Positions 1-11,740 of a stretch of DNA of 64,000 nt are shown here, in pieces (position 1 is the stretch's first letter; every line of letters begins with the position of its first letter). Location: positions 548,715-612,714 of the forward strand of contig JBFPLN010000003.1 of assembly GCA_051971635.1 (NCBI GenBank). Reading direction: 5' to 3'. Source of the DNA: Candidatus Atelocyanobacterium thalassae. GTDB lineage: Bacteria > Cyanobacteriota > Cyanobacteriia > Cyanobacteriales > Microcystaceae. The position numbers and the translations under genes were made by a program. Below the pieces are notes generated by a model. It had not been told where the DNA came from and made no database searches. It saw only the letters and a list, made by a program, of their open reading frames with translations.

Positions 1-258
1 CAAAACAGCTTAGGCGTAATTTTTATTACTTCAATTTCTTCCAGTACAGGTCATGCTTTAAACGATAATGTACTTTGGCTCACTGGTTTCATCTTGGGGT
101 GCGGGGGAGTACTAGGAGTACAAGTAGGTACACGTATACTATCAAAACTATCAAATAAAATGGTTACCTTTGGTTTTCATTTAGTTTCGATCATAATATC
201 TATCTATACTTTTAGACAGGCTTGGTTCAGCTATTTAAATTTTTTAGAATTAAACTAA
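1..258 (+). CDS. Partial (3' end) sulfite exporter TauE/SafE (TSUP) family membrane protein
   Basis: Frame +1 is open from the window edge to TAA at 256-258; hydrophobic translation QNSLGVIFITSISSSTGHALNDNVLWLTGFILGCGGVLGVQVGTRILSKLS resembles the TSUP C-terminal pattern. Confidence 0.7.
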   Translation, partial: QNSLGVIFITSISSSTGHALNDNVLWLTGFILGCGGVLGVQVGTRILSKLSNKMVTFGFHLVSIIISIYTFRQAWFSYLNFLELN

Positions 259-492
259 AAAGAAGAGCTTAATGTATGGATTGTCGTAACTTCTTATCAA
301 TTATCAATTTGTTACTGACGAGTCAAATGAATAATATTGATTCTTCTTACAAGAAATTCTTTCCGACAGAATAGATGAAAATTTTTCATAAAGAAGATAG
401 TATGTATATAAAATGAATGATCATTCTAGATTAAATCGAAAAATCATAAAGTAGCTACACAATAAAACGATATTACATTTATATATTTGCTT

Positions 493-3400
493 ATGCCACG
501 TCGGGATGACTTGAAAAAAATTATGATTTTAGGAGCAGGTCCTATTGTGATTGGACAGGCTTGTGAATTTGACTATTCTGGTACTCAAGCCTGTAAGGCT
601 CTAAGAGAAGAAGGCTATGAAGTTGTATTAGTCAATTCTAATCCAGCTTCGATTATGACTGATCCTGAAATGTCTGACCGAACCTATATTGAGCCTCTTG
701 TTCCTGATATAGTCGAAAAAATTATTGCGAAAGAACTTCCAGATGCATTATTGGCAACGATGGGAGGACAAACTGCGCTTAATATAGCTGTATCATTAGC
801 TAAAAGTGGAGTTTTAAAAAAATACAATGTTGAATTAATTGGCGCGCGACTATCAGCTATTGAAAAAGCAGAAGATAGAGAATTATTTAAACAGGCAATG
901 AATAATATTGGAGTTCCTGTTTGCCCCTCCGGTATTGCTAATACTCTAGAAGAAGCCAAAAAGATTGCAACTAAAATTGGTTCTTATCCACTAATCATTC
1001 GTCCTGCATTTACTTTAGGAGGTACAGGAGGAGGAATTGCTTATAATCGAAAAGAGTTTGAGGGTATTGTACAACTCGGTTTAGATGCATCTCCAGTATC
1101 TCAGATCTTAGTAGAACAGTCACTATTGGGGTGGAAAGAATATGAGTTAGAAGTCATGAGAGATCTAGCAGATAATGTTGTCATTATTTGTTCTATCGAG
1201 AATTTTGATCCCATGGGAGTACATACAGGAGATTCGATCACAGTTGCACCAGCTCAAACTTTAACAGATAAGGAATATCAAAAATTGAGAGATTATTCCA
1301 AATCTATAATTAGAGAGATAGGTGTAGAGACAGGAGGGGCTAATATTCAATTTTCTGTAAATCCTTTGAATGGTGACACTATTGTTATTGAGATGAATCC
1401 TCGAGTCTCGCGTTCATCTGCTCTAGCTTCCAAAGCGACAGGATTTCCTATCGCTAAATTCGCTGCTAAACTCGCTGTTGGTTACATTCTTAATGAAATC
1501 AATAATGATATAACTAAAAAAACCCCAGCTTCATTTGAGCCAACCCTTGATTATGTGGTAACAAAAATACCACGTTTTGCTTTTGAAAAATTTCCTGGTT
1601 CTCAGGCGGTTCTAACTACTCAAATGAAATCAGTGGGGGAAGTTATGGCCATTGGTCGTACTTTTCAAGAATCTTTCCAAAAAGCTTTAAGATCATTAGA
1701 AACAGGACATCATGGTTTTACTTGTAATCAAGCATTAGATCTTCCTTCTTTATCTGAAATACGTTCTAAATTGAAGATTTCAAGTCCTGATAGAATTTAT
1801 TCGATTTATAAAGCCTTAAAGCTAGGCATAACAATAAAAGAGATTCATGAATTAACTGCTATTGATGTTTGGTTTTTAAATAAACTAAAAGATATTTTTG
1901 ATACTGAAAAATATTTTGAACAAGTTAATCTCAAAGATATAAGCAAAATAGAAATGAGATTAATTAAACAAAAAGGTTTTAGCGATAATCAAATAGCTAG
2001 TATTACTAACACTTCAGAGAATGAGGTTAGAGAATATCGTAAAAGTTTAGGTATTATTCCAGTCTATAAAGTTGTAGATACTTGTGCTGCTGAATTTGAA
2101 GCTTTTACTCCTTATTATTACTCTACTTATGAATTAGAAGATACGGAAGTTTTATGGACTAAAAAACCTAAAATAATGATTTTAGGTGGAGGACCCAATC
2201 GTATCGGGCAGGGAATAGAATTTGACTATTGTTGTTGTCATGCCTCTTTTGCTCTTACTAAAGCTGGTTATGAAACTATAATGGTCAATTCTAATCCAGA
2301 AACTGTCTCTACAGATTATGATACAAGTGATCGTTTATATTTTGAACCTTTAACAAAGGAAGACATTTTAAATATCATTGAAGTAGAAGCTCCTGAAGGA
2401 GTCATTATCCAGTTTGGGGGACAAACACCACTAAAACTTGCAGTACCTCTGCAAGAATATCTTGACAGTCCAAATTGTTCTGTTCAAACAAAGATATGGG
2501 GAACATCTCCTGATTCTATTGATTTAGCAGAAAATAGAGAACGCTTTGAAAAAGTACTATGCGATCTTGAAATTAAGAAGCCTCCTAGTGGAATTGCTCG
2601 TAGTTTTGAACAATCTTTAGATATTGCTTCTCATATTGGATATCCTGTGGTAGTTCGTCCTTCCTACGTATTAGGAGGACGAGCTATGCAAATTGTTTAC
2701 TCTGATAAAGAACTAAAACACTATATGAATTATGCAATTCAAGTAGAGCCTGATCATCCAATCTTAATTGATAAATTTTTAGAAGATGCTATCGAAGTTG
2801 ATGTTGATGCTTTATGTGATAAAACTGGTGTAGTGGTCATTGGAGGTATAATGGAACATATTGAGCAAGCAGGCATACACTCTGGAGATTCAGCTTGTTC
2901 AATTCCTTTCACAACACTTTCTCAAAAAGTTCTTAGTATTATCCGTGATTGGACATATCAGCTAGCTAATAGCTTGAAAGTCATTGGATTAATTAATATT
3001 CAATATGCAGTACAAGGAGAAGAAGTTTATATATTAGAAGCTAATCCAAGAGCATCTCGCACTGTTCCGTATGTATCTAAAACTACAGGACGGCCTCTCG
3101 CTAAAATTGCTTCTCTGCTTATGTCAGGGAAAACTTTACATGAATTAGATGTACATACAGAACTTATTCCTCGTTATGTTTCTGTCAAAGAAGCTGTTTT
3201 ACCTTTTCAAAAATTTCCTGGGACAGATACTCTTTTGGGACCGGAAATGCGTTCTACCGGTGAAGTGATGGGTATAGATGATGATTTTGGCAAAGCATTC
3301 GCAAAGGCAGTAATTGCTTCTGGCGTAAACTTACCTACTAGTGGAACTGTTTTTATCTCTACTAGCGATAAAGATAAAATTTTAACTGTTCCAATAGCTA

Positions 3401-3738
3401 AAGATCTAGAATATTTAGGATTTAAAATAGTTGCAACGTCAGGTACTCAGGAGGTCTTAGAAAGTAATGGAATTAAAGGGGTTGAAGCAATTCTAAAGCT
3501 TCATGAAGGTCGACCACATGTTATTGACTGGATTAAAAACAAAAAAATTCAATTAATTATAAACACTCCAAATGGAGAAGAATCACAAGTAGATGCACAA
3601 AAAATCAGAAGAACAGCATTAGATTATCAATTACCAGTAATTACAACTATAGCTGGTGCTAAAGCTACAGTTACTGCTATTCGTTCTTTACAAAGTCAGC
3701 CTCTTAAAGTTAAAGCATTGCAAGACTATATCTGCTAG
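493..3738 (+). CDS. carB: Carbamoyl-phosphate synthase large subunit
   Basis: [38 protein letters not shown]-terminus, duplicated ATP-grasp domains, C-terminal MGS-like domain; ATG at 493 preferred over TTG at 487. Confidence 0.99.
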   Translation: MPRRDDLKKIMILGAGPIVIGQACEFDYSGTQACKALREEGYEVVLVNSNPASIMTDPEMSDRTYIEPLVPDIVEKIIAKELPDALLATMGGQTALNIAVSLAKSGVLKKYNVELIGARLSAIEKAEDRELFKQAMNNIGVPVCPSGIANTLEEAKKIATKIGSYPLIIRPAFTLGGTGGGIAYNRKEFEGIVQLGLDASPVSQILVEQSLLGWKEYELEVMRDLADNVVIICSIENFDPMGVHTGDSITVAPAQTLTDKEYQKLRDYSKSIIREIGVETGGANIQFSVNPLNGDTIVIEMNPRVSRSSALASKATGFPIAKFAAKLAVGYILNEINNDITKKTPASFEPTLDYVVTKIPRFAFEKFPGSQAVLTTQMKSVGEVMAIGRTFQESFQKALRSLETGHHGFTCNQALDLPSLSEIRSKLKISSPDRIYSIYKALKLGITIKEIHELTAIDVWFLNKLKDIFDTEKYFEQVNLKDISKIEMRLIKQKGFSDNQIASITNTSENEVREYRKSLGIIPVYKVVDTCAAEFEAFTPYYYSTYELEDTEVLWTKKPKIMILGGGPNRIGQGIEFDYCCCHASFALTKAGYETIMVNSNPETVSTDYDTSDRLYFEPLTKEDILNIIEVEAPEGVIIQFGGQTPLKLAVPLQEYLDSPNCSVQTKIWGTSPDSIDLAENRERFEKVLCDLEIKKPPSGIARSFEQSLDIASHIGYPVVVRPSYVLGGRAMQIVYSDKELKHYMNYAIQVEPDHPILIDKFLEDAIEVDVDALCDKTGVVVIGGIMEHIEQAGIHSGDSACSIPFTTLSQKVLSIIRDWTYQLANSLKVIGLINIQYAVQGEEVYILEANPRASRTVPYVSKTTGRPLAKIASLLMSGKTLHELDVHTELIPRYVSVKEAVLPFQKFPGTDTLLGPEMRSTGEVMGIDDDFGKAFAKAVIASGVNLPTSGTVFISTSDKDKILTVPIAKDLEYLGFKIVATSGTQEVLESNGIKGVEAILKLHEGRPHVIDWIKNKKIQLIINTPNGEESQVDAQKIRRTALDYQLPVITTIAGAKATVTAIRSLQSQPLKVKALQDYIC

Positions 3739-4157
3739 TATTTTTTAGTAGTAAGAATACTTAGCTTATATAATTTACCTATTTAACAACATATCTTTTA
3801 TCTACTAATTAAGATTATTTAACTTAAAATCAAATAATCTATTAAAAACTTTAAAAATATTTTATGGAATTGTAACAGTAAAATATTTCAAAACACATCA
3901 TATTTTATACAATCTATTTATTAAGATTTATTTGAACGATTTTTTCTGATTTACCATTAAAAATATCTTCATATAATAAATAATTTTTTTATTGTTACTC
4001 TATTAATATCAACAGTCTTGTAGCTTTCATGATATTTTTGTTAAAAACTAAGGTACTATTTGCAGGTACATACTACAAACTCTAATTTTATAAGTATTTT
4101 GATATATGACAAAGTAAAATTATTGTTCTAAGATCTATTAATTTAAAATTTGATTAT

Positions 4158-5516
4158 ATGACATTACCCATTGTTGCAATTATTGGACGTCCTAATGTAG
4201 GTAAATCAACATTAGTCAATCGTTTAGCAAAAGACCGACAAGCAATTGTTCATGATGAACCAGGAATTACTCGCGATCGTACTTATAGAAAGGCCTTTTG
4301 GCGCACTCATGATTTCCTTGTAGTAGATACTGGTGGTTTAGTTTTCAATGATAATACCGAATTTCTTCCCTTAATTCGAGAACAAGCTATGACAGCATTA
4401 AGCGAGGCTCATGCAGCAGTTTTTGTAGTAGATGGACAATTAGGTCCTACTGCAGGGGATTATGAAATAGGAGACTGGCTAAGGCAACAAAAGATTCCAG
4501 TATTGCTTGCAGTTAATAAATGTGAATCTCCTGAACATGGATTGATACAGGCAGCACAGTTCTGGGAATTAGGACTAGGAGAACCTTATCCAATTTCAGG
4601 AATTCATGGAAATGGAACAGGAGATTTTTTAGATAAGCTGATTTTAAGTTTACCATCTTCTAATAGTATATCTAATACTGAAGAGATTAATGTTTCTATT
4701 ATTGGTCGTCCTAATGTAGGTAAATCAAGTCTTTTGAACGCATTCTTAGGGGAAAACAGAGCTATTGTTAGTCCTATTTCTGGTACGACAAGAGATGCTA
4801 TTGATACGGTCGTAGAACGAAAAGGAAAAGTTTATCGCCTAGTTGATACAGCAGGAATTCGTCGCAAGAAAAATGTTGAATATGGAGCTGAATTTTTTAG
4901 TATTAACCGCGCTTTTAAAGCAATTCGAAGAGCAGATGTAGTTTTATTAGTTATTGATGCTATTGATGGAATAACAGAACAAGATATTAAGTTAGCAGAT
5001 CGTATTATTGATGAAGGACGGTCAGCAATAATTATTGTTAATAAATGGGATGCTGTTGAGAAAGATGCCTACACCATTTATTCACATAAAAAAAATATAA
5101 TGAACCGACTGTATTTTATGGAATGGGCAGATCTTATTTTTGTTAGCGCAAAATCAGGACAACGAATTGAAAAGATTTTTCCTTTAATAAATATGGCATT
5201 AAAAGAGCACCGTCGTCGTATTAATACTTCTGTAATTAATGAAGTTTTGGAGGAGGCTATAAGATGGCATTCTCCTCCTACAACAAAACAAGGTAAGCAA
5301 GGTAAAATTTACTACGGAACTCAAGTATCTAATCAACCTCCAACTATTGCTCTATTTGTTAATGATCCTAAAAGATTCAATGACAACTACCGACGATATA
5401 TTGAAGGACAATTTCGCCAACAAATCGGTTTTGCGGGAACTCCCATTCGCTTGCTCTGGAAAGGTAAAAAAGTACGAGATGTTGATTTGAAATTAGACCA
5501 TACGATCAAAAATTAA
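4158..5516 (+). CDS. der: Ribosome biogenesis GTPase Der (EngA)
   Basis: Two tandem G domains (GRPNVGKS twice, DTGG/DTAG, NKCE/NKWD) and a KH-like C-terminus. Confidence 0.98.
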   Translation: MTLPIVAIIGRPNVGKSTLVNRLAKDRQAIVHDEPGITRDRTYRKAFWRTHDFLVVDTGGLVFNDNTEFLPLIREQAMTALSEAHAAVFVVDGQLGPTAGDYEIGDWLRQQKIPVLLAVNKCESPEHGLIQAAQFWELGLGEPYPISGIHGNGTGDFLDKLILSLPSSNSISNTEEINVSIIGRPNVGKSSLLNAFLGENRAIVSPISGTTRDAIDTVVERKGKVYRLVDTAGIRRKKNVEYGAEFFSINRAFKAIRRADVVLLVIDAIDGITEQDIKLADRIIDEGRSAIIIVNKWDAVEKDAYTIYSHKKNIMNRLYFMEWADLIFVSAKSGQRIEKIFPLINMALKEHRRRINTSVINEVLEEAIRWHSPPTTKQGKQGKIYYGTQVSNQPPTIALFVNDPKRFNDNYRRYIEGQFRQQIGFAGTPIRLLWKGKKVRDVDLKLDHTIKN

Positions 5517-5688
5517 TATAATTTTTTAGCATCTTAAATAATTGCTATGAACTTAAATACTTAGTATTTATTAAAATATGCTTATTCTTAATATAAGATT
5601 GTTTAAGCAACAATTTAGTAAGTACAATTGTTTTGAGATAATACAGAAGATTAAAATTATTTTGTAAAGTGTGTATGAGGAGAAATTT

Positions 5689-7215
5689 ATGAAACTTGCT
5701 TATTGGATGTATGCTGGACCAGCACATATTGGTACCCTTCGTATTGCTAGTTCTTTCCATAATGTGCATGCAATTATGCATGCTCCCCTTGGTGATGACT
5801 ATTTTAATGTTATGAGATCTATGTTGGAGAGGGAAAGGAACTTTACCCCTGTAACTGCAAGCGTTGTAGATCGTAATGTTTTAGCTCGTGGATCTCAAGA
5901 AAAAGTTATTGATAATATTGTTCGAAAAGATAAAGAAGAAAGTCCAGATCTTATTGTTTTAACTCCTACATGTACTTCAAGTATTCTGCAAGAAGATTTA
6001 GGTAACTTTGTAGAACGTGCGCAGATGGATACAAAAGGAGATGTTATTTTAGCTGATGTCAATCATTATCGTTATAACGAGTTACAAGCAGCAGATAGAA
6101 CTTTACATCAGATTGTAAAGTTCTATCTGGATAAAGCAAAGAAAAAATGTGAATTATTAACTGAAAAGACACAAAACCCTTCTGTTAATATCATAGGTAT
6201 ATCTACCCTTGGTTTTCATGCTAAGCATGATTGTACTGAATTACAAAAATTGATGAAGGACTTGGGAATTACTATAAATATGATAATTCCTGAAGGAGCT
6301 TCAGTTCATGATTTAAAAAATTTAACTAAAGCATGGTTCAATTTAGTTCCTTACAGAGAACTAGGATTAAGCGTTGCTGAATATTTAGATTCGGAATTTG
6401 ATATTCCTTATGTTGATATAACACCCATAGGAGTTGTTGAAACGGCAAAATGTATTCGTAAAATTCAGCAAATAATCAATGCACAAGGTAAAGATGTAAA
6501 TTTTGAAAATTATATTAATCAGCAAACATTATATGTTTCTGAAGCAGCTTGGTTTTCAAGATCAATTGATTGCCAAAATTTAACAGGTAAAAAAGCAGTA
6601 GTTTTTGGTGACAACACTCATGCTGCAGCTATGACAAAAATTTTAGCTAGAGAAATGGGGATAGATGTTGTTTTAGCTGGAACGTATTGTAAGTATGATG
6701 CTGAATGGTTTAGAGAACAAGTTAGCGAGTACTGTGGTGAAATATTAATTAGTGATGATAATGGTGAGATTGCTAATACAATAGCACGTTTAGAACCTTC
6801 TGCAATTTTTGGAACACAAATGGAGCGCCATGTTGGAAAAAGATTAAACATTCCATGTGGAGTAATTGCATCACCAATTCATATTCAGAACTTTCCCATA
6901 GGATATAAGCCTTTCTGTGGATATGAAGGAACAAACCAAATTACTGATTTAATTTATAATTCTTTTACATTAGGAATGGAAGATCATTTGCTTGAAATTT
7001 TTGGTGGACATGACACCAAGGAAACAATTACTAGAGGAATATCTGCTAATTCTGATCTGGCTTGGAATAAAGAATCACAGACGGAATTAAATAAAATCCC
7101 TGGTTTTGTACGAGGAAAAGTAAAGCGTAATACAGAAAAGTTTGCTCGTGAACGTAACTTCTCTGAAATTACACTTGAAGTAATGTACGCAGCTAAAGAA
7201 TCAATTGGAGCTTAA
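5689..7215 (+). CDS. chlB: Light-independent protochlorophyllide reductase subunit B
   Basis: [15 protein letters not shown] start after a GAGGAG RBS; C-terminal PCP_red domain ([18 protein letters not shown]). Confidence 0.99.
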   Translation: MKLAYWMYAGPAHIGTLRIASSFHNVHAIMHAPLGDDYFNVMRSMLERERNFTPVTASVVDRNVLARGSQEKVIDNIVRKDKEESPDLIVLTPTCTSSILQEDLGNFVERAQMDTKGDVILADVNHYRYNELQAADRTLHQIVKFYLDKAKKKCELLTEKTQNPSVNIIGISTLGFHAKHDCTELQKLMKDLGITINMIIPEGASVHDLKNLTKAWFNLVPYRELGLSVAEYLDSEFDIPYVDITPIGVVETAKCIRKIQQIINAQGKDVNFENYINQQTLYVSEAAWFSRSIDCQNLTGKKAVVFGDNTHAAAMTKILAREMGIDVVLAGTYCKYDAEWFREQVSEYCGEILISDDNGEIANTIARLEPSAIFGTQMERHVGKRLNIPCGVIASPIHIQNFPIGYKPFCGYEGTNQITDLIYNSFTLGMEDHLLEIFGGHDTKETITRGISANSDLAWNKESQTELNKIPGFVRGKVKRNTEKFARERNFSEITLEVMYAAKESIGA

Positions 7216-7245
7216 GCTTATTTTAAAGTTAATGTAAATTTTATA

Positions 7246-7307
7246 AGTAAATTAAAGTTATTAAAACACAATTAGTTAATACTATGTTTTAGTAACTTTA
7301 GCTTACT
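7246..7307. terminator. Imperfect inverted repeat between convergent chlB and the DUF4330 gene
   Basis: agtaaattaaagttattaaaaca ... tgttttagtaactttagcttact, 23-bp arms with 3 mismatches. Confidence 0.5.
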
Positions 7308-7445
7308 ACAATCGCTTAGTAGATAAAGCAATTATAAAAAGATCTTAAAAAAACTATTTATTCATCAAATTATCTATAAAATTTTATTTTTTTTAATATT
7401 TAAGCTATTTATAGCTATTGAGAAATGATAGAAATTATTAATAGT

Positions 7446-7988
7446 TTATTTTAAAGTTCTCACCGCAATAGTACTCGTATTAAAGTTATAATCTTTACCT
7501 TCTAGTTCAATTTTAGTACCAATTTTAATTTTTTGCTTCCCTATGACTGCTCCTGTATCTGTAAGTTGTGCATCACCTGTAAGTGTTAAAATCATATCTT
7601 GAAAAAAGATAATTTCTGGCCTTGGATCAGGAAGAGCTTTTACAGAACCATCAGGTTGAGGAACTGCTACAGTTCTGGGAAGTGGTGTAATCTTTTTAAT
7701 TTCAAATTCTCCAGCAGGCTGATGACGAATTACAATATTAGTCATTTTAGTTTCTTTGAATTGATTAATAAGTAAAGTTGGATCGCTTACTCCTAAGCCT
7801 CTTACAATAACATCAACTTCAATTGGAGTTCTAACAACTTGAGCAATAGTACTAGTCCCAGACTTGTTTGGAACAACGAAAATACTAACGATAGCTAAAA
7901 AGATAGCTAATGCAGCTCCTAGATCTAGAATACTAACCTTTCCCAGTAAACGGCCTTTAGAATCTAATAGTTCCATGAGTATATCCAA
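7446..7988 (-). CDS. DUF4330 family cyanobacterial membrane protein
   Basis: LDSKGRLLGKVSILDLGA N-terminus plus TM helix; VPQPDGSVKALPDPRP motif. Confidence 0.8.
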   Translation of the reverse strand: MDILMELLDSKGRLLGKVSILDLGAALAIFLAIVSIFVVPNKSGTSTIAQVVRTPIEVDVIVRGLGVSDPTLLINQFKETKMTNIVIRHQPAGEFEIKKITPLPRTVAVPQPDGSVKALPDPRPEIIFFQDMILTLTGDAQLTDTGAVIGKQKIKIGTKIELEGKDYNFNTSTIAVRTLK

Positions 7989-8219
7989 AAAGTTATAAAA
8001 AAAAATTACAAATACAATAAAATTTTATTAAAAAGACGAAATATTAAAGGAAAAATATCCCTAATACTTAAATAATATGTTATTTGACATAAAAAAATTT
8101 TATTTACTAATAAATTTAGTATGATTTACGAGTAGAATTATCAAATTATGCTTTTATTTAAGAAATAATCTATAGTTTATAAGACTTATTATATTTATAT
8201 CACCATACAAAATAAATCA

Positions 8220-9509
8220 TTAATATGTTTTAAAAAAATTTTTTCTTATTCTAGATGCTTTTTTAAAACAACTTACATATTGTTGACAACCTTCAGAAAA
8301 AACAATATTTAATTTGAGCGGATCACCTTGAAGTTTATCTATACTATGAGCAGTAGTGTTTTCGCTTTTATAGGAACTAATATCTAATGTTTTGCGATCT
8401 TTCACTTCGCCAGCTTTACTATCAACATAAATAATAGTATTACGTTTATTGAATTCTTCTCCTATTGACTGAATTAGTTCTAAGAAGTTTCTATCGCTAC
8501 CTCCTCTAACACAAATAAATTTCCCAGAGTCTTCTATAATTTCACTAGTAATCGTATCACCCACTCCTATGATAGTTGGAATGTAAGAAGGGTTGAAGTT
8601 GTCTCTTATCAAAGATAAAATTTCTCTTTTGGTTTTAGGTACTTGTTTAAAATTAAAATTTTTTCCTAAAGGATAGTTACCAGTTTTTTTATATACGTAA
8701 TTATTTAAGATTAATAAAACTCCAGCCTCTTTTGTGGCATTCTTTAACATAAATTGAAAGTCCGTTGTTCCAGAACTTTTATTTTGAGCAAATTGTATAA
8801 TTTCTTGTCCTTGTTTATCTTTTCCTAAGTTAACTGTACAGTGTATAAAGAAAGAATTAGATAAGCCTTCTTGTTTAGCTTTTTCTAGTAATTCACACAT
8901 CAGCTCATAAGTAAAATTTTGTAGTTTTATATAGTTACTTTTTTGCCGATTCAAAAGATCATAAAAGGTATTAAGGTTAACAGTAGGAGATACTCTATTA
9001 AACAAAACTGTTTTTTGTATTGATTTTTCTATTATGTCTTTACCTAAACTAAAATTATTTTTAGTAAAAAACTTTATAAATTTTTTTTGAATATATTTAG
9101 GTACTAAATCTAAAAAAATTAATTCTTTTGCACTTATGCCCGAATAAGCAACATCTCCATTAGAATCTTGCCATTGCACACTTCCTGCTGCTAATCCCGC
9201 GAAATATAATTGTTTGTCTTTTACTAATCTAATTTTGTTTTCGTAAGCCTTCTCAATAATAGAGTTAACTCCGTTTTCTCCACTGTGTTCTCCGTTTGTT
9301 AGAACATAAAAACTATCTTTGAATACTTGTACAGCCTCTACATACTTTTTATCTATTCTTCTAGCTGAAGGTTCTTTGACTAATTCCATACAAACTCCAT
9401 CAAGATCTTGAATTATAAGTAAGTTGGGTTCACCAGCTAATTGTTTAATAAGCATTTCATAGTTAAAAAGTGAAGAATATTTGTAGGGCAACGAGGAAGA
9501 AATTAACAT
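8220..9509 (-). CDS. stpA: Glucosylglycerol-3-phosphate phosphatase (StpA/GgpP)
   Basis: LLIIQDLDGVCM, LTNGEH, GTTDFQFML, GVGDT and RGGSDRNFL motifs. Confidence 0.92.
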   Translation of the reverse strand: MLISSSLPYKYSSLFNYEMLIKQLAGEPNLLIIQDLDGVCMELVKEPSARRIDKKYVEAVQVFKDSFYVLTNGEHSGENGVNSIIEKAYENKIRLVKDKQLYFAGLAAGSVQWQDSNGDVAYSGISAKELIFLDLVPKYIQKKFIKFFTKNNFSLGKDIIEKSIQKTVLFNRVSPTVNLNTFYDLLNRQKSNYIKLQNFTYELMCELLEKAKQEGLSNSFFIHCTVNLGKDKQGQEIIQFAQNKSSGTTDFQFMLKNATKEAGVLLILNNYVYKKTGNYPLGKNFNFKQVPKTKREILSLIRDNFNPSYIPTIIGVGDTITSEIIEDSGKFICVRGGSDRNFLELIQSIGEEFNKRNTIIYVDSKAGEVKDRKTLDISSYKSENTTAHSIDKLQGDPLKLNIVFSEGCQQYVSCFKKASRIRKNFFKTY

Positions 9510-9695
9510 AACATCTTAAAGTGTGAAATCATATTCATGGTAACAAGCTTTGAAAACACCTATTGGGAATATTTTTCAGCTGTTCTGATTTCTTATTCAT
9601 ATTAAAAGTTAAGAGAAATATAGTGAATTTAACAAAATATATAACATAATAAATTATTTTGAAAAAGTTATTTTGTAGGACTAATTGAACAATAC

Positions 9696-10661
9696 TTATT
9701 TTCTGCCAAAATGGTGGAGATATTCTTTGTTTAGATAAAGCATTTCTACTATTGATTTGGAAACAAAAGGAAAAATCTTCTTATTTTTACTATTCTCGTC
9801 TCCTTCTATAAACATTACGAGAAGGAATGAAGGTAACTCTGGTACTTTGATATATGCTGCATCATGGCGAACTTGACTAGTCCATCCAGCTTTTGACCAT
9901 AGTTCAGCAGTTTCAGGAAGGCCTTCTCCAAAAAAACCTGTAATTTGATTTTCTATTAAATCATTACTAGAGATATTATTAATTGTTCTTTTTAGTAGAC
10001 TCATCATTTGTAATGATCGTACTAAGGAAACAGCTGTGCCGGAAACGATATTGTGAAATAATTTCGCAACTGCATTAGTAGTTAAAATATTTTGATTACT
10101 TCTGATTTCTCCAAGAAATTTTTTTTCTCTTCCATAAGGTCCATCAGACCAAGTTTTTTGATTAACATTGACTCTTTCCAACTCTTTCCAACCTAAAGTT
10201 CTAAAATAGGTGTTGATGACATTACGTTTATATTTCCAAGCTGAAAAACTGTTATTAGTTAATTCTGGACCGCTATTTGTATTTGTTAAACTATCTATTA
10301 CTAAACTGGTCGCATCATTGCTAGACTCGACTATCATATCATTTATGGCACGACTTAACTCAGAGGAAAGATGTACTTTTCCTATCTCTAGCCATTGATG
10401 AATAGCAACCAAATAAAATAATTTAATAATGCTAGCTGGATAAATAGGTTCAATACCACGATGATTAACCCCATATATTGAATGTTTTAAAAATTCTTGT
10501 GGGAAAATCAATTGTTGATCTTGAATAGTTTTCGTTTGTTTATAAACAATCCAAGTAAATGAACATTGTTCAGCACTGAGTGTAGGAAACTCTGTTAAGG
10601 TTCTTTCTAAAATTTGATTCCCTAGTGATTTTAAAACAGTATCTGATTGAAAAAAAGTCAT
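9696..10661 (-). CDS. Class A beta-lactamase-like serine hydrolase
   Basis: YPASIIKLFY (SxxK), SSNDAT and SKAGW motifs. Confidence 0.85.
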   Translation of the reverse strand: MTFFQSDTVLKSLGNQILERTLTEFPTLSAEQCSFTWIVYKQTKTIQDQQLIFPQEFLKHSIYGVNHRGIEPIYPASIIKLFYLVAIHQWLEIGKVHLSSELSRAINDMIVESSNDATSLVIDSLTNTNSGPELTNNSFSAWKYKRNVINTYFRTLGWKELERVNVNQKTWSDGPYGREKKFLGEIRSNQNILTTNAVAKLFHNIVSGTAVSLVRSLQMMSLLKRTINNISSNDLIENQITGFFGEGLPETAELWSKAGWTSQVRHDAAYIKVPELPSFLLVMFIEGDENSKNKKIFPFVSKSIVEMLYLNKEYLHHFGRK

Positions 10662-10697
10662 AGAATTATTTTAATTATGTAATATTTAGTATTTCTT

Positions 10698-11612
10698 CTA
10701 TATCAGTTTCGATAAAACTAAACCTATTGATAATAGTATTCCACTAAAAAAATGAAACTTAATAGCTATAAATTTACTGTTTTGTACCTTACTAGCTTGA
10801 TTGTGATATTTCGAGACATGACATACAAGTTTATAAGCGATAGGAAAGCTAAATAAGTTTAAAAAAGTCCAAAAAGATAATATTTTTAATATTGGGAAAA
10901 ATAATATTAAAAATATTAAGAAGATAATTGTTATTTTTAATACTATGGATCCTAATCTTGTACCAAGAAATACTATTGGTGATCTTTTTCCTGCAGAAAA
11001 ATCATCTTTTACCTGATGAAAATGAGAACAAAACAAAATAATAGATGTACTAATTCCAATTAAAATTCCGGATGCTAAACTTACAATAGAAAAATGTTGA
11101 ACCTGAGAATAGTAAGATGCTGATACTGCCATTGGGCCAAATGTGACAAAGCATATAATTTCACCTAGCCCTTTATACCCTAGACGAAAAGGTGGACCTT
11201 GGTAACTATATCCTAAAATACAGCAAAGAGTTACTATGCATAATACTGTTAAATCTCGTTGCCACCAAGAAATCAATACAATTCCTAAAATACCTAGTAT
11301 CAAAAATATATTAGATAGCCAAAATATTAAAGATTTGTTTTTAATCAAATTAACAATAGAGTGAGCTTTATTTTTATCAATTCCTGTATCGGCATCAAAA
11401 AAGTCGTTACTAATATTTATCCAAGCAATAATTAAAATAGAAGATATTAAAAATGTTGTAAAAATTTTGAAATTGAATGTTGATATTTCTTCGAATGCAG
11501 CTGAACTTCCTACAATTATAGGAATAATAGATACACTATATACTGGTATTTTAATTGCAGCTAACCATAGCTTTTGTCTAGATGTTAATTTTTGTGCGGA
11601 TACTATACTCAT
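10698..11612 (-). CDS. menA: 1,4-dihydroxy-2-naphthoate phytyltransferase
   Basis: UbiA-family NDFFDADTGID, YQGPPFRLGY, HFHQVKDD; divergent from menF. Confidence 0.93.
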   Translation of the reverse strand: MSIVSAQKLTSRQKLWLAAIKIPVYSVSIIPIIVGSSAAFEEISTFNFKIFTTFLISSILIIAWINISNDFFDADTGIDKNKAHSIVNLIKNKSLIFWLSNIFLILGILGIVLISWWQRDLTVLCIVTLCCILGYSYQGPPFRLGYKGLGEIICFVTFGPMAVSASYYSQVQHFSIVSLASGILIGISTSIILFCSHFHQVKDDFSAGKRSPIVFLGTRLGSIVLKITIIFLIFLILFFPILKILSFWTFLNLFSFPIAYKLVCHVSKYHNQASKVQNSKFIAIKFHFFSGILLSIGLVLSKLI

Positions 11613-11740
11613 AAAATTTCCAATTTAGAATAATCTCTATGATATGATTCTTAGGAAAACTGTAATTTAAGATATGGGTAATATTCAAGAGACAGCGTTC
11701 ATATTGTACAAAAGTGGAACAAATTATAAATAAACTTACA

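Noticed and set aside
684..959. Short antisense or nested ORFs in the track (also 5545-5781, 6618-6851, 10210-10398, 11578-11784, 20632-20937, 21316-21498, 28160-28354, 29195-29377, 30874-31095, 31300-31548, 34683-34892, 35404-35595, 35722-35946, 37681-37890, 39233-39496, 40390-40572, 42375-42578, 44923-45159, 56946-57128, 57608-57811, 60572-60808, 62362-62559)
   Set aside because: They overlap well-conserved genes in another frame or strand and have no recognisable motifs; treated as shadow ORFs
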